This document shows, one piece after another, positions 45,276 to 56,231 of a stretch of DNA of 64,000 bases; position 1 is the stretch's first letter, and every line of letters begins with the position of its first letter. Position numbers and translations under genes: made by a program. Where the stretch lies: contig JACMNE010000004.1 in NCBI GenBank assembly GCA_014378715.1, positions 7,725 to 71,724 on the forward strand. Direction: 5' to 3'. The stretch comes from Microbacteriaceae bacterium. Its GTDB lineage: Bacteria; Actinomycetota; Actinomycetes; Actinomycetales; Microbacteriaceae. The notes under the pieces are model-generated. The model did no database searches, was not told the origin of the DNA, and worked only from the letters and a program-made list of their open reading frames with translations.

Positions 45276-45293
45276 TATCTTGATGTCAAGATA
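45276..45293. promoter_or_regulatory. AT-rich palindrome upstream of acnA (candidate operator)
   Basis: TATCTTGA-TG-TCAAGATA, an 8+8 perfect inverted repeat 114-131 nt upstream of the acnA ATG, in an otherwise GC-rich intergenic region. Confidence 0.45.
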
Positions 45294-45302
45294 AATCTAG
45301 CA

Positions 45303-46067
45303 TCATTCAGAAGCGGATGTCGCGGAGTTGATGCGCCCGTAGACGCTCCGCACCAGCATCCACGTGATCCAGAGCATGATCGCGTAGAACGGCACGCCGA
45401 GGATCAGCTTCACCGTGCCGAGCAGCTCGACCTCGCCGGCCAGGAACAGGGGATACTCGGCGATCAGTCGGGTCGCGAACAGTCCTACCCAGAGCCAGGT
45501 GGCCACGTTGAGAACCCGGCGCTTGGCGCGGTCCCTGCGCCAGTCCAGCCCGTCATTGCTCAGCACCCCGACGACGAGTCCGATGACGGGGTAGCGCACG
45601 AGGATGCTGACGAGCAGCACCACGAGCGAGACGACGTTGATCACGGTGCCGGGCAGGAAGTTGTCCTCCGGGCGCCCGGTGAACAGGGCGAGCCCGGCCG
45701 AGATGGCGACGCCGGCGACGCCGGCGAAAGCCTGGGTGATCGGGGTGCGTGAGAGGAGGCGCACGACTACGAAGACGAGGGCGATGGCGACGGGGATGAG
45801 CACCGAGGCGATCAAGTTCTTGGTGACGGCGTAGATGACGAGGAAGCCGAGGGCGGGCAGGATCGCCTCGACAAGGCCGCGCACCCCGCCGACCGCGCCG
45901 AGGAGGGAGGAGGCGGTCGGCATCTCGCCAGGGGCGACCTGCGAGATCCCGGCGCTGCGCACGGCGGCGCTGAACGCCTCGCGCACGGTCGCCGGCGCGG
46001 TCTCCTCGAGCTGGGGCTCGACAGACTCGTCCCCCCCGTCCTGCGGACGGCCGTTGTCCGTCGCCAC
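45303..46067 (-). CDS. DUF3159 domain membrane protein
   Basis: 254 aa, multi-TM. Conserved actinobacterial block DUF3159-DUF3710-dut. Confidence 0.75.
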   Translation of the reverse strand: MATDNGRPQDGGDESVEPQLEETAPATVREAFSAAVRSAGISQVAPGEMPTASSLLGAVGGVRGLVEAILPALGFLVIYAVTKNLIASVLIPVAIALVFVVVRLLSRTPITQAFAGVAGVAISAGLALFTGRPEDNFLPGTVINVVSLVVLLVSILVRYPVIGLVVGVLSNDGLDWRRDRAKRRVLNVATWLWVGLFATRLIAEYPLFLAGEVELLGTVKLILGVPFYAIMLWITWMLVRSVYGRINSATSASE

Positions 46068-46072
46068 CTGGG

Positions 46073-46750
46073 TTACTCGATCCCGGCGGCCGGGGGCGTC
46101 TGGCCGGTCGCGGATGCTGGCATGTGCAGCGGGATGAGATCCCTGGGCGGCATCGGGGTCGCGCCGCGCACCACCACGACACTGCGGAACAGGTCGTCGA
46201 TCTTCCTACCGGCCTCCGGGTCCACGGCCCCCTCGCCCGCGACGACGCCGCGCAGGAACCAGCGCGGCCCGTCGACGCCGATGAAACGGGCCAGGCGCAT
46301 CGTGGAGCCGCCCGCGGTCGCGACCGTGGGGATCTGCGCATGCAACTCGGGACCGAACGGTCCGTCGGCGAGTGACGTGGTTCCGCCCTGCTTGTGGATC
46401 TGTTCGGCGATCTGCTCGCGGATCTCGTGCCAGAGTCCGGTGGTGCGGGGGGCGGCGAACGGCTGCAGCTGCAGGGTGGACCCGGCGTAGTCGAGGGCCA
46501 CGGCGACGACGCGCTTGCTGCCCTCCTCCACCTCGAGGCGCAGGTGAAGGCCCTCGCGGGGCAGGATCTTCACTCCCCCGAGGTCGACGTAGGGGCGCAC
46601 GGCGTTCGCCTCGCTGTCGTCCAGCGGTCCCTCGGTCTCGCGGTCGTCCGGCGCGGACTTGGACTCGTCGATCTCGTCGATCTCGTCGAGTTCGGACAGG
46701 TCGGCACCGGATCGGGGTTCGATGCCGTCCACGGCGGTGGTGTCACTCAC
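46073..46750 (-). CDS. DUF3710 domain protein
   Basis: 225 aa, acidic N-terminus then GPLDDSEANAVRPYVDLGGVKILPREGLHLRLEVEE, typical of DUF3710. Confidence 0.75.
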   Translation of the reverse strand: MSDTTAVDGIEPRSGADLSELDEIDEIDESKSAPDDRETEGPLDDSEANAVRPYVDLGGVKILPREGLHLRLEVEEGSKRVVAVALDYAGSTLQLQPFAAPRTTGLWHEIREQIAEQIHKQGGTTSLADGPFGPELHAQIPTVATAGGSTMRLARFIGVDGPRWFLRGVVAGEGAVDPEAGRKIDDLFRSVVVVRGATPMPPRDLIPLHMPASATGQTPPAAGIE

Positions 46751-47211
46751 GAGGGGTCTCCTGGTTCGTTGGGTCGGTATCCAGTGGACCCGAAGCCGGA
46801 TATGCCTCGATGGCTTCCCGGCAGGGATTCGACCGGGATGAATGTGGCTCGCGTCACGGGCATAACGATCAATTGCGCGATCCGGTCTCCGACTGACACA
46901 GAATACGCCTCCGTGGCGTCGGTGTTGAGGAGGGTGACCCGGATCTCGCCCCGGTATCCCGCGTCGACGGTGCCCGGGCTGTTCACGACCGTGATGCCGT
47001 GGCGGGCGGCGAGCCCGCTGCGCGGCACTACGAGGGCGACGAAGCCGTCCGGCAGGGCGATCGAGATACCGGTGCCGACGGTGGCCCGGTGTAAGGGCTG
47101 CAGGACCACGTCCTCGGCGGATGCGAGATCCGCTCCGGCATCGCCGGGATGGGCGTAGGACGGCACATCCGCTTCGCCCGGTGATAACAGAACTTCGACG
47201 TATTCGGGCAC
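46747..47211 (-). CDS. dut: dUTP diphosphatase
   Basis: HPGDAGADL, PRSGLAARHGITVVNSPGTVDAGYRGEI, GDRIAQLIV. The 232-aa ORF was trimmed to GTG 47211 (154 aa, the same length class as mycobacterial Dut). GTG 47250 is an alternative start. Confidence 0.88.
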   Translation of the reverse strand: MPEYVEVLLSPGEADVPSYAHPGDAGADLASAEDVVLQPLHRATVGTGISIALPDGFVALVVPRSGLAARHGITVVNSPGTVDAGYRGEIRVTLLNTDATEAYSVSVGDRIAQLIVMPVTRATFIPVESLPGSHRGISGFGSTGYRPNEPGDPS

Positions 47212-47250
47212 GTGACGAGGGTAGTGCAGTTCATCTGATCGAATAGGCAC

Positions 47251-47706
47251 ATGCCGATTTATCGTGAACGTCTCTGGCCCTCCCTGTGGGTCTTCATCGC
47301 CACCGCCCTCGTGATGCCCGCGAGCCTGCTCGTTTTCCTGCCCATCAACACCCTGGTGGGGTACATCGTGGCGGTCGCACTGTACGCGGCGTGCGTCGGT
47401 CTGCTCGTGGCGACGTCGCCATCGATCGCCGTCACCGGCACCCACGTGATCGCCGGCCGGGCGCGTCTCCCGCTCGCGTTCGCGGGCGTCGCGGAGGCCT
47501 TCACCGGGGAGCAGGCGACCCTCGAGCGGGGCCAGCGCCTCGATGCGCGGGCGTGGCTCGTGATCCGCGGCTGGATCTCGCCGGTGGTCAAGGTTCCCGT
47601 CACCGACCCGGCCGACCCGGCGCCCTACTGGCTCATTTCGACCCGCAAACCCGACGAGTTCGCCGGGGCGATCGCAGCGGCGAGGGAGGGTGCTGCGTCT
47701 CAGTAG
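47251..47706 (+). CDS. DUF3093 domain membrane protein
   Basis: 151 aa, MPIYRERLWPSLWVFIATALVMPASLLVFLPI..., two TM helices. Divergent from dut. Confidence 0.75.
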   Translation: MPIYRERLWPSLWVFIATALVMPASLLVFLPINTLVGYIVAVALYAACVGLLVATSPSIAVTGTHVIAGRARLPLAFAGVAEAFTGEQATLERGQRLDARAWLVIRGWISPVVKVPVTDPADPAPYWLISTRKPDEFAGAIAAAREGAASQ

Positions 47707-47725
47707 CGGATGGTGCGGGAAGAGG

Positions 47726-48019
47726 TCAGGCCGCGCACTCCACGCAGATTGCCCCGAGCTTCTCGGTGTGGTCGATCTGCGAGCGGTGCTTCACCAGGAA
47801 GCAGCTCACGCAGGTGAACTCGTCCGCCTGGGGCGGGAGCACAACGACGTCGAGGTCGAGGTCGGAGAGGTCGGCACCTGGCAGCTCGAAGCCGCCGGGG
47901 TTGTCCGAGTCATCGACATCCACCACACCGGACATCTTGTCCGGCACGCGCTCCTTGAGAGCTTCGATCGACTCGGAGTCGTCGTCGTTCTTGCGGGGTG
48001 CGTCGTAATCCGTTGCCAT
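47726..48019 (-). CDS. DUF4193 domain protein
   Basis: Start at ATG 48019 (MATDYDAPRKNDDD...). C-terminal DEFTCVSCFLVKHRSQ...CVEC zinc-ribbon-like motif. Confidence 0.8.
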   Translation of the reverse strand: MATDYDAPRKNDDDSESIEALKERVPDKMSGVVDVDDSDNPGGFELPGADLSDLDLDVVVLPPQADEFTCVSCFLVKHRSQIDHTEKLGAICVECAA

Positions 48020-48221
48020 GCCAATTCCAGTCTGTTCAGCCGCATTCAATTCACATGGGCGGCCACAGTTTGCATCATCCGAGGATGAATAGCAAACCGT
48101 CTATGTGGGGTACCCGAAGTGCCTCTGCATCAACTTCCGGCACGCCCGGCGTATTCCCCGGAAATCCCCCCGGTTCATGGCAACCTAGGCACAATTCGAT
48201 ACAGTCCGGAAGGCCATTCGC

Positions 48222-49358
48222 ATGCAAGACCTCACCGTCATCGGAGTCGAGAACGGCGCGCTACTCGTGGCGTCGCGCGACGGAACCCGGTACAGAATCG
48301 CCATCGACGACGTTCTCCAGTCGAAGCTGCGCCAGTCGCTGCCCGCGCCCGGGTCCGGGCGAAAGCTCGCCCCGCGCGACATCCAGGCGCACATCCGCTC
48401 TGGGATGTCGGCCGAGGAGGTCGCCGCGACCACCGGGGTCGCCGTGGAGTACATCCGCAAGTTCGAGGGCCCCGTGCTCGCCGAACGCGAGTTCGTGATC
48501 GAGTCCGCTCTGGGTGTGGCCGTGCACACCGCGATCGACTCCGACCCTCTCGCCACCGGCTCGACCTTCGGGTCTGTTATCCGCGACCGGCTTCGCGATC
48601 TCGGGGCGACGGGAGAGCGCTGGGCCAGCTGGAAGGAGGCCGACGGCGCCTGGGTCGTGAAGCTCGCCTTCACCGCCGACCAGATCGACCACGACGCCCG
48701 ATGGCATTACGAGCCGAAGAAGGCCGCGCTGGCGCCGATCAACAACGAGGCCAACACCCTCTCTCAGCAGGGCGAGATGCCAGGAGGCCTCATCCCCCGG
48801 CTGCGCGCGGTGGGCGAGGACGAGCGCCCGCTCGATTCCTCTCGTTTCGACAGCGGAGCATTCGACGTGCGCGGCACCGATGCGCGCGACGACACCGCGT
48901 TCCAGGTCGACGCCATCGCCTTCGGCCGCCACCCTGGATCGTCGCCCGAGGCGGCCTCCGCCGCCATCAACCGCGCCCCGGCCGAGTCCGTGGGCTCCAG
49001 CCAGACCTCCGACCTGCTCGATGCCCTCCGGCGCCGGCGCGGGGAGCGCGAGAGCGCGGCAGCCTGGGACGGCGACGAGGCGAAGGCGGCCCACCCGTCG
49101 ACCGGCGGCATCCGCCTGATCGACATCCCGCTCGACGTGTTCGACGAGGGACCGGCGGTCACGGCGCCGCTCCCCCTCCCGCCGTTCGCGCCCGCGGCGA
49201 TCGGCCAGCAGACGACGGGCCAGCAGGCGGGCCAGACCTCCGGCCAGTCGGGCACCCAGTCGAGCTCCTCACGGTCCACGGCGCGCAAGGGCAGGGCGTC
49301 GATGCCGAGCTGGGACGAAATCGTTTTCGGCGCCCGCTCGGATGACGACCCGGCCTGA
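48222..49358 (+). CDS. sepH: Septation protein SepH (DUF3071)
   Basis: N-terminal MQDLTVIGVENGALLVASRDGTRYRIAIDDVL and HTH-like SGMSAEEVAATTGVAVEYIRKFEGPV. Disordered C-terminus ending WDEIVFG. Confidence 0.8.
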   Translation: MQDLTVIGVENGALLVASRDGTRYRIAIDDVLQSKLRQSLPAPGSGRKLAPRDIQAHIRSGMSAEEVAATTGVAVEYIRKFEGPVLAEREFVIESALGVAVHTAIDSDPLATGSTFGSVIRDRLRDLGATGERWASWKEADGAWVVKLAFTADQIDHDARWHYEPKKAALAPINNEANTLSQQGEMPGGLIPRLRAVGEDERPLDSSRFDSGAFDVRGTDARDDTAFQVDAIAFGRHPGSSPEAASAAINRAPAESVGSSQTSDLLDALRRRRGERESAAAWDGDEAKAAHPSTGGIRLIDIPLDVFDEGPAVTAPLPLPPFAPAAIGQQTTGQQAGQTSGQSGTQSSSSRSTARKGRASMPSWDEIVFGARSDDDPA

Positions 49359-49387
49359 GTCGCCCGCCGGGTTGACGGCCGGCTGCA

Positions 49388-49413
49388 GCCGGCTCAGCCA
49401 GCCGGCTCAGCCA
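49388..49413. repeat. 13-bp tandem duplication (GCCGGCTCAGCCA x2) spanning a stop codon
   Basis: gccggctcagcca gccggctcagcca. The second unit contains the stop (49407-49409) and last codons of the phosphodiesterase-family gene. Confidence 0.8.
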
Positions 49414-50546
49414 GCGAACGCCCCGAAGCGCAGCAGCGGGATCGCTGTCTCTGCCGGAGACAGCGACCCGTGCTGTCCGACCATGTTGCGTCCGCGCTGG
49501 CTGGGCGCGCGCGAGTCGTAGTAGGCGATGTTGCGGCGCGCCGCCACGATGATGTCGCCGATCCGCGGCTCCACCTCGGCGGCCACGGTGTCGCCGAACC
49601 AGCCGGCGGCGATCGCCTCGGCCCGGGTGGCGACCCAGGACCGCTCCCCCTCGCTCCCGAGCCACGCGGCCAGCAGCGAGTCCCGCACCGCGCGGCTCGC
49701 GTCGGGCTCGATGTGCAGCTGCAGGCACCGCGGTTCCCCGGCGATGAAGCGGATGCCGTCGACGAGGCCGTCGATCTCGTCGAAGAGCACGTGCGACCGG
49801 TGCGCGATGTCGAGCACACCGTGGTCGGCGGTGACCAGCAGCCCCTCGTCGGGGCGGAGCGATGCGGAGAAGTCGCGGATCGCGCCGTCGATCTCCTCGA
49901 GCTGGTCGGTCCACTTCGCCGACTCGCAGCCGTCGGAGTGGCCCACCTTGTCGAGCTCGGCGATGTAGACGTAGACGATCGCGCTCGGCGTCTGATCGAG
50001 GATCGCCCGGGCCGCCTCGAGGCGTCCGGCGATCGAGGGGGCGCTGCGGTAGTGGGCGCCGCGCAGGATGGCGGCGGTGAGACCGGAGGAGCGATGGTTC
50101 TCAGTGGAGACGACGTAGCTCGGCACGCCGACATCCGCTGCCTGCTCGAAGATGGTCCTCGAGCGCTGCCAGGTGGCGGGGTCGAGACGGTCGTCCCAGC
50201 CGCTGAGCTGGTTCACCACCCGGTCGTTCGCGGCATCGAGCACGGTGTAGCCGACGAGGCCGTGCTCGCCCGGCGCGCGGCCGGTGGTGAAGGTCGCGAG
50301 CGCGGCCGCGGTGGTCGTCGGGAAGCCGGCCCCGATCGTCGATCCGCGGTTCAGGAGGGGCGCGAGGGTGCGGGCGTGGCCGGAGCGGGCGGCGAGGGCC
50401 TGCGCGCCGAGGCCGTCGACGAGGATGACGACCGCCTTCGCGACGCCGCGGAGGGCAAGCCTGTTCTCCTGCCCACGGACGGCATCGAGGCAACTCGGCA
50501 ACACGTCGGCGAGGCTGAGCCGGTGTGTTTTGGCGGCCGGTAGCAT
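49407..50546 (-). CDS. Alkaline phosphatase / nucleotide pyrophosphatase family protein
   Basis: Only the C-terminal 379 aa of the 942-aa ORF are coding-like. ATG 50546 (MLPAAKTHRLSLADVLP...). Metal-site motifs ILVDGLG, TTTAAALATFTTG, LLVTADHG. Confidence 0.8.
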   Translation of the reverse strand: MLPAAKTHRLSLADVLPSCLDAVRGQENRLALRGVAKAVVILVDGLGAQALAARSGHARTLAPLLNRGSTIGAGFPTTTAAALATFTTGRAPGEHGLVGYTVLDAANDRVVNQLSGWDDRLDPATWQRSRTIFEQAADVGVPSYVVSTENHRSSGLTAAILRGAHYRSAPSIAGRLEAARAILDQTPSAIVYVYIAELDKVGHSDGCESAKWTDQLEEIDGAIRDFSASLRPDEGLLVTADHGVLDIAHRSHVLFDEIDGLVDGIRFIAGEPRCLQLHIEPDASRAVRDSLLAAWLGSEGERSWVATRAEAIAAGWFGDTVAAEVEPRIGDIIVAARRNIAYYDSRAPSQRGRNMVGQHGSLSPAETAIPLLRFGAFAG

Positions 50547-50558
50547 GGCTGCAATCCT

Positions 50559-53036
50559 ATGACTACTCCTCGCACCAAGACTGACCCCAGCGCGCCCCGT
50601 GACCCGGCAGGGCCCGGAGAACGCATCGAGGACGTGGATGTCGCGGACGAGATGCAGGGATCCTTCCTCGAGTACGCGTACTCGGTCATCTACTCCCGCG
50701 CCCTCCCCGACGCCCGCGACGGGCTGAAGCCCGTGCAGCGGCGCATCCTCTACCAGATGACCGAGATGGGCCTGCGACCCGACCGCGGGCACGTCAAGTC
50801 GGCCCGGGTCACCGGCGAGGTCATGGGCAAGCTGCACCCGCACGGCGACGCGTCGATCTACGACGCCATGGTGCGGATGACCCAGTCGTTCATCATGCGG
50901 GTGCCCCTGATCGACGGGCACGGCAACTTCGGGTCCCTCGACGACGGCCCGGCCGCCGCCAGGTACACCGAGGCACGCCTCGCTCCGGCCGCCAGCGCCA
51001 TGACCGCCGACCTCGACGAGGACGTCGTCGACTTCGTGCCCAACTACGACCTTCAGCTCACCCAGCCGGAGGTGCTGCCCGCCGCGTTCCCGAACCTGCT
51101 GGTGAACGGCGCGAGCGGTATCGCCGTCGGGATGGCGACCAACATGGCTCCGCACAACCTCATCGAGGTCGTCGGCGCGGCCCGCCACCTGCTCGACAAT
51201 CCGGCCGCGACCCTCGACGACCTGATGTCGTACATCCCGGGCCCCGACCTGCCGACCGGCGGCACGATCATCGGCCTCGCCGGCGTGCGCGACGCCTACG
51301 AGTCGGGCCGCGGTAGCTTCCGCACCCGCGCCCGGGTCTCGATCGAGGCCATCACCGCCCGCAAGACCGGGATCATCGTGACCGAGCTGCCCTACATGGT
51401 GGGCGCGGAGAAGGTCATCGAGAAGATCAAGGACGGCCTCGCGTCGAAGAAGCTGAGCGGCATCTCCGACGTCACCGACCTCACCGACCGCCGCCACGGG
51501 CTGCGCCTGGTGATCGGCATCAAGACCGGGTTCAACCCGGAGGCGGTGCTCGAACAGCTGTACCGCTACACCCCGCTCGAGGACCAGTTCAACATCAACG
51601 CCGTCGCACTCGTCAACGGCGGACCGCGCACCCTGGGCCTGCGCGAGCTGCTGCAGGTGTACCTCGACCACCGCATCTCGGTCGTCACCCGCCGCAGCCA
51701 GTTCCGGCTCGCCCGCAAGCTCGAGCGGCTGCATCTCGTCGAGGGGCTCCTCATCGCGATCGTCGACATTGACGAGGTCATCCAGGTGATCCGCGCCAGC
51801 GACGACGGCGAGCAGGCGCGCACGAAGCTCATGGAGGTCTTCGACCTCTCCACGCTCCAGGCCGAGTACATCCTCGAGCTGCGGCTGCGACGGCTGACGA
51901 AGTTCTCCCGCATCGAGCTCGAAGCCGAGCGGGACGAGCTCGCGGCAGCGATCGCCTACCTGCGCGAGCTGCTGGCCAGTCCCTCGCGCCTGCGCGCCCT
52001 CGTCTCCAGCGAGCTCGACGAGGTCGCTGAGCGCTTTGGAACGCCGCGGCGCACGATGCTCACCCAGGCGGGGCCCAGTATCGCGACGACCGCCTCCCGC
52101 CGGGCTGGCCCCGTGCTCGAGCACGCCGATGTGCCCTGCCGGGTGCTGCTGTCGACGACCGGGCGGGTGGTGCGGGTGGACTTCGCCGAGGCCCAGCCCG
52201 ACGCGGTGCCGCGCGCGGTGCGCCGCAGCAAGCACGACGCGCTCCGCTCCGATGTGCTCACCACGAGCCGCACCGAGATCGGCGCCGTCACGAACCTGGG
52301 ACGCATCATCCGCTTCTCCCCGATCGACCTCCCGGTGGCCCCGGAGAACTCGATCCAGCTCGGCGCTGGCCGCAAGATCGTCGAGTACATCACCCTGGCG
52401 AACCGCAGGGAGCGCATCATCGCGCTCGTGTCACTCGACTCGGTCGACTCCATCGCGGTCGGCACCCGGCTCGGGGTCGTCAAGAGGGTCACAGTCGGCG
52501 CGTGGCCGAACCGGCCCGACTTCGAGATCATCGCGCTCAAGCCGGGCGACGAGGTCGTGGGCGTCGCCCAGGGGCCGGAGACGCACGAGCTCGCGTTCGT
52601 CAGCGCGCTCGCGCAGCTGCTGCACTTCCCCGCGTCGGCCGTGCGCCCGCAGGGGCCGGCCGGCGGCGGGGTCGCGGGCATCAGCCTGGGGGCCAAGGAC
52701 TCCGCGATCTTCTTCGGATCAGTCGACCCTGAGGGCTGCGTCGTCGTGACGGTGTCGGCGAACTCGGCGACGCTCCCCGGCACCGACCCCGGCCGGGCTA
52801 AGGTGTCGGAGTTCGCGGAGTTCCCCGGCAAGGGGCGCGCGACAGGCGGGGTGCGCGCACACTCCTTCCTGCGCGGCGAGGACTCGATCGCTCTCGCCTG
52901 GGTGGGGCCAGCTCCCGCCCACGCGGTGGGCCCGGACGGCTCGCAGCGGATGCTGCCGGACTCTGGCACCAAGCGCGACGGCTCCGGCACCCCGCTCGAC
53001 GGCGCCATCGGCTCGATCGGCGCCTCGATCCACTGA
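50559..53036 (+). CDS. parC: DNA topoisomerase IV subunit A (GyrA/ParC family)
   Basis: 825 aa, FLEYAYSVIYSRALPDARDGLKPVQRRILY, catalytic Tyr region AAARYTEARL, C-terminal beta-pinwheel. Confidence 0.9.
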   Translation: MTTPRTKTDPSAPRDPAGPGERIEDVDVADEMQGSFLEYAYSVIYSRALPDARDGLKPVQRRILYQMTEMGLRPDRGHVKSARVTGEVMGKLHPHGDASIYDAMVRMTQSFIMRVPLIDGHGNFGSLDDGPAAARYTEARLAPAASAMTADLDEDVVDFVPNYDLQLTQPEVLPAAFPNLLVNGASGIAVGMATNMAPHNLIEVVGAARHLLDNPAATLDDLMSYIPGPDLPTGGTIIGLAGVRDAYESGRGSFRTRARVSIEAITARKTGIIVTELPYMVGAEKVIEKIKDGLASKKLSGISDVTDLTDRRHGLRLVIGIKTGFNPEAVLEQLYRYTPLEDQFNINAVALVNGGPRTLGLRELLQVYLDHRISVVTRRSQFRLARKLERLHLVEGLLIAIVDIDEVIQVIRASDDGEQARTKLMEVFDLSTLQAEYILELRLRRLTKFSRIELEAERDELAAAIAYLRELLASPSRLRALVSSELDEVAERFGTPRRTMLTQAGPSIATTASRRAGPVLEHADVPCRVLLSTTGRVVRVDFAEAQPDAVPRAVRRSKHDALRSDVLTTSRTEIGAVTNLGRIIRFSPIDLPVAPENSIQLGAGRKIVEYITLANRRERIIALVSLDSVDSIAVGTRLGVVKRVTVGAWPNRPDFEIIALKPGDEVVGVAQGPETHELAFVSALAQLLHFPASAVRPQGPAGGGVAGISLGAKDSAIFFGSVDPEGCVVVTVSANSATLPGTDPGRAKVSEFAEFPGKGRATGGVRAHSFLRGEDSIALAWVGPAPAHAVGPDGSQRMLPDSGTKRDGSGTPLDGAIGSIGASIH

Positions 53037-53066
53037 CGCGGGCCGGTGCGTGGCGCCCGATCGGGG

Positions 53067-53634
53067 CTAGTCCTCGAACGGGACCGGCGCCAGCACCGGC
53101 AGGGTCGACTCCGTGTTGCCGACCCGGAGGTACGGTTCGACGAAGACGCGCTCGTCGCCGACGGCCGGCTGCCACCAACGTGCGGCGATGACCGAGTCGT
53201 GCACGAGCGGCACGGTCGCCTCCGGGGCCGGCGCCTCGAGCCAGTCGTTCGCCGTCGCCAGCGGCAGCCGGTATCCGATCGACGCGAGGTGCGAGCGCAG
53301 GGACCTGGCGGCCGCATCCCGTCTGGCCGCGTCGGCGCGGGCGCTCTCGGCCCGCCTGCGCGCCACCAGTTGCATCGGCAATACCACGAAGAGGGCGAAG
53401 GGCGCTCCGGTGCCGGCGATGCCGACGGCCACGAGGGTGCCGGCATCCGCCGCCCCGACCGTTGCCCCACCCGCGATCACCAGCGCGGCGCCCAGCGCGA
53501 GCACACCGACCACGAACGCCACGATCCCGATCGGGATGATCCGGGCGGGGCGGGCGGAGTCGAGGGCGGCCCGGGTGACCGCCGTGGTCTCCACGGCGGC
53601 CGCCGGCAGCGAGGAGGACGGCACCGCGCGCAGC

Positions 53635-53642
<8 letters not shown>
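53067..53642 (-). CDS. Hypothetical membrane protein translationally coupled to parE
   Basis: 191 aa with two predicted TM helices (IIPIGIVAFVVGVLALGAALVIAG; LVAVGIAGTGAPFALFVVLPMQLV). ATG overlaps the parE stop (ATGTCTGA). High GC3. I recognise no family. Confidence 0.55.
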
Positions 53643-55713
<2,071 letters not shown>

Positions 55714-55931
55714 GGGTGTTCTCCTTCGTGGCCTGCGGGAGTGGTGCGGGCGTGTCCCACCGATCAGCCGCGTTCCAGCCTAATTCACCCCGCCGGCCGG
55801 CACCGCGTCGCAACACCGGGCGGGAAACACTACGCGGTGAGCGAAATCGTGTGTATTGCCACGCGGTTGTCACCGGTGTGTGTTGTGATAGAGCCTGTAT
55901 CCGCACGTATCGAGTTTTGGAGGAACCCGAA

Positions 55932-56150
55932 ATGTCTCAGACCGCCCCCCGTTCCACTGTCGAACTTGAACCGCGCCACGAACTCACCGCCGACGACCGC
56001 TGCGACAGCTGTGGTGCCCAGGCCTACGTCCGTGTCACGATGGCGAGCGGCCAGCTCCTGTTCTGCGCGCACCACGGCGCCAAGTTCAAGGACAAGCTCT
56101 CCGCCAGCGCCCTCGAGTGGCACGACGAGTCCAGCAGGCTCAACCAGTAG
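55932..56150 (+). CDS. Small conserved actinobacterial Cys/His protein (DUF7455-like, zinc-ribbon-like)
   Basis: 72 aa from ATG 55932 behind GGAGGA. CDSCGAQAYVRVTMASGQLLFCAHHG (CxxC...CxHH). The DUF number is assigned from memory. Confidence 0.65.
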   Translation: MSQTAPRSTVELEPRHELTADDRCDSCGAQAYVRVTMASGQLLFCAHHGAKFKDKLSASALEWHDESSRLNQ

Positions 56151-56163
56151 CCCAATCTGCATC

Positions 56164-56203
56164 ACGGGCCGGCATGGATTCGTCCATCCCGGCCCGTTTT
56201 TTT
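56164..56203 (+). terminator. Rho-independent terminator
   Basis: ACGGGCCGGCATGGA-TTCG-TCCATCCCGGCCCGT hairpin followed by TTTTTTT. Lies between convergent genes. Confidence 0.8.
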
Positions 56204-56231
56204 GTGCCACATCCACAGAGCGGATGTCGGC

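Noticed and set aside
48075-48088. Palindrome TCATCC-GA-GGATGA in the DUF4193/sepH divergent region
   Set aside because: Only 6+6 bp and single-copy in the window. That is too short to separate from chance without comparative data.
50547-52235. N-terminal 560-aa extension of the 942-aa ORF 49407..52235
   Set aside because: The extension runs antisense through parC and has no coding signature. The conserved phosphodiesterase-family sequence begins at ATG 50546. Similar trimming was applied to rarA, ruvB, thrS, the ydeP-like gene, zapE, dut and rpoD.
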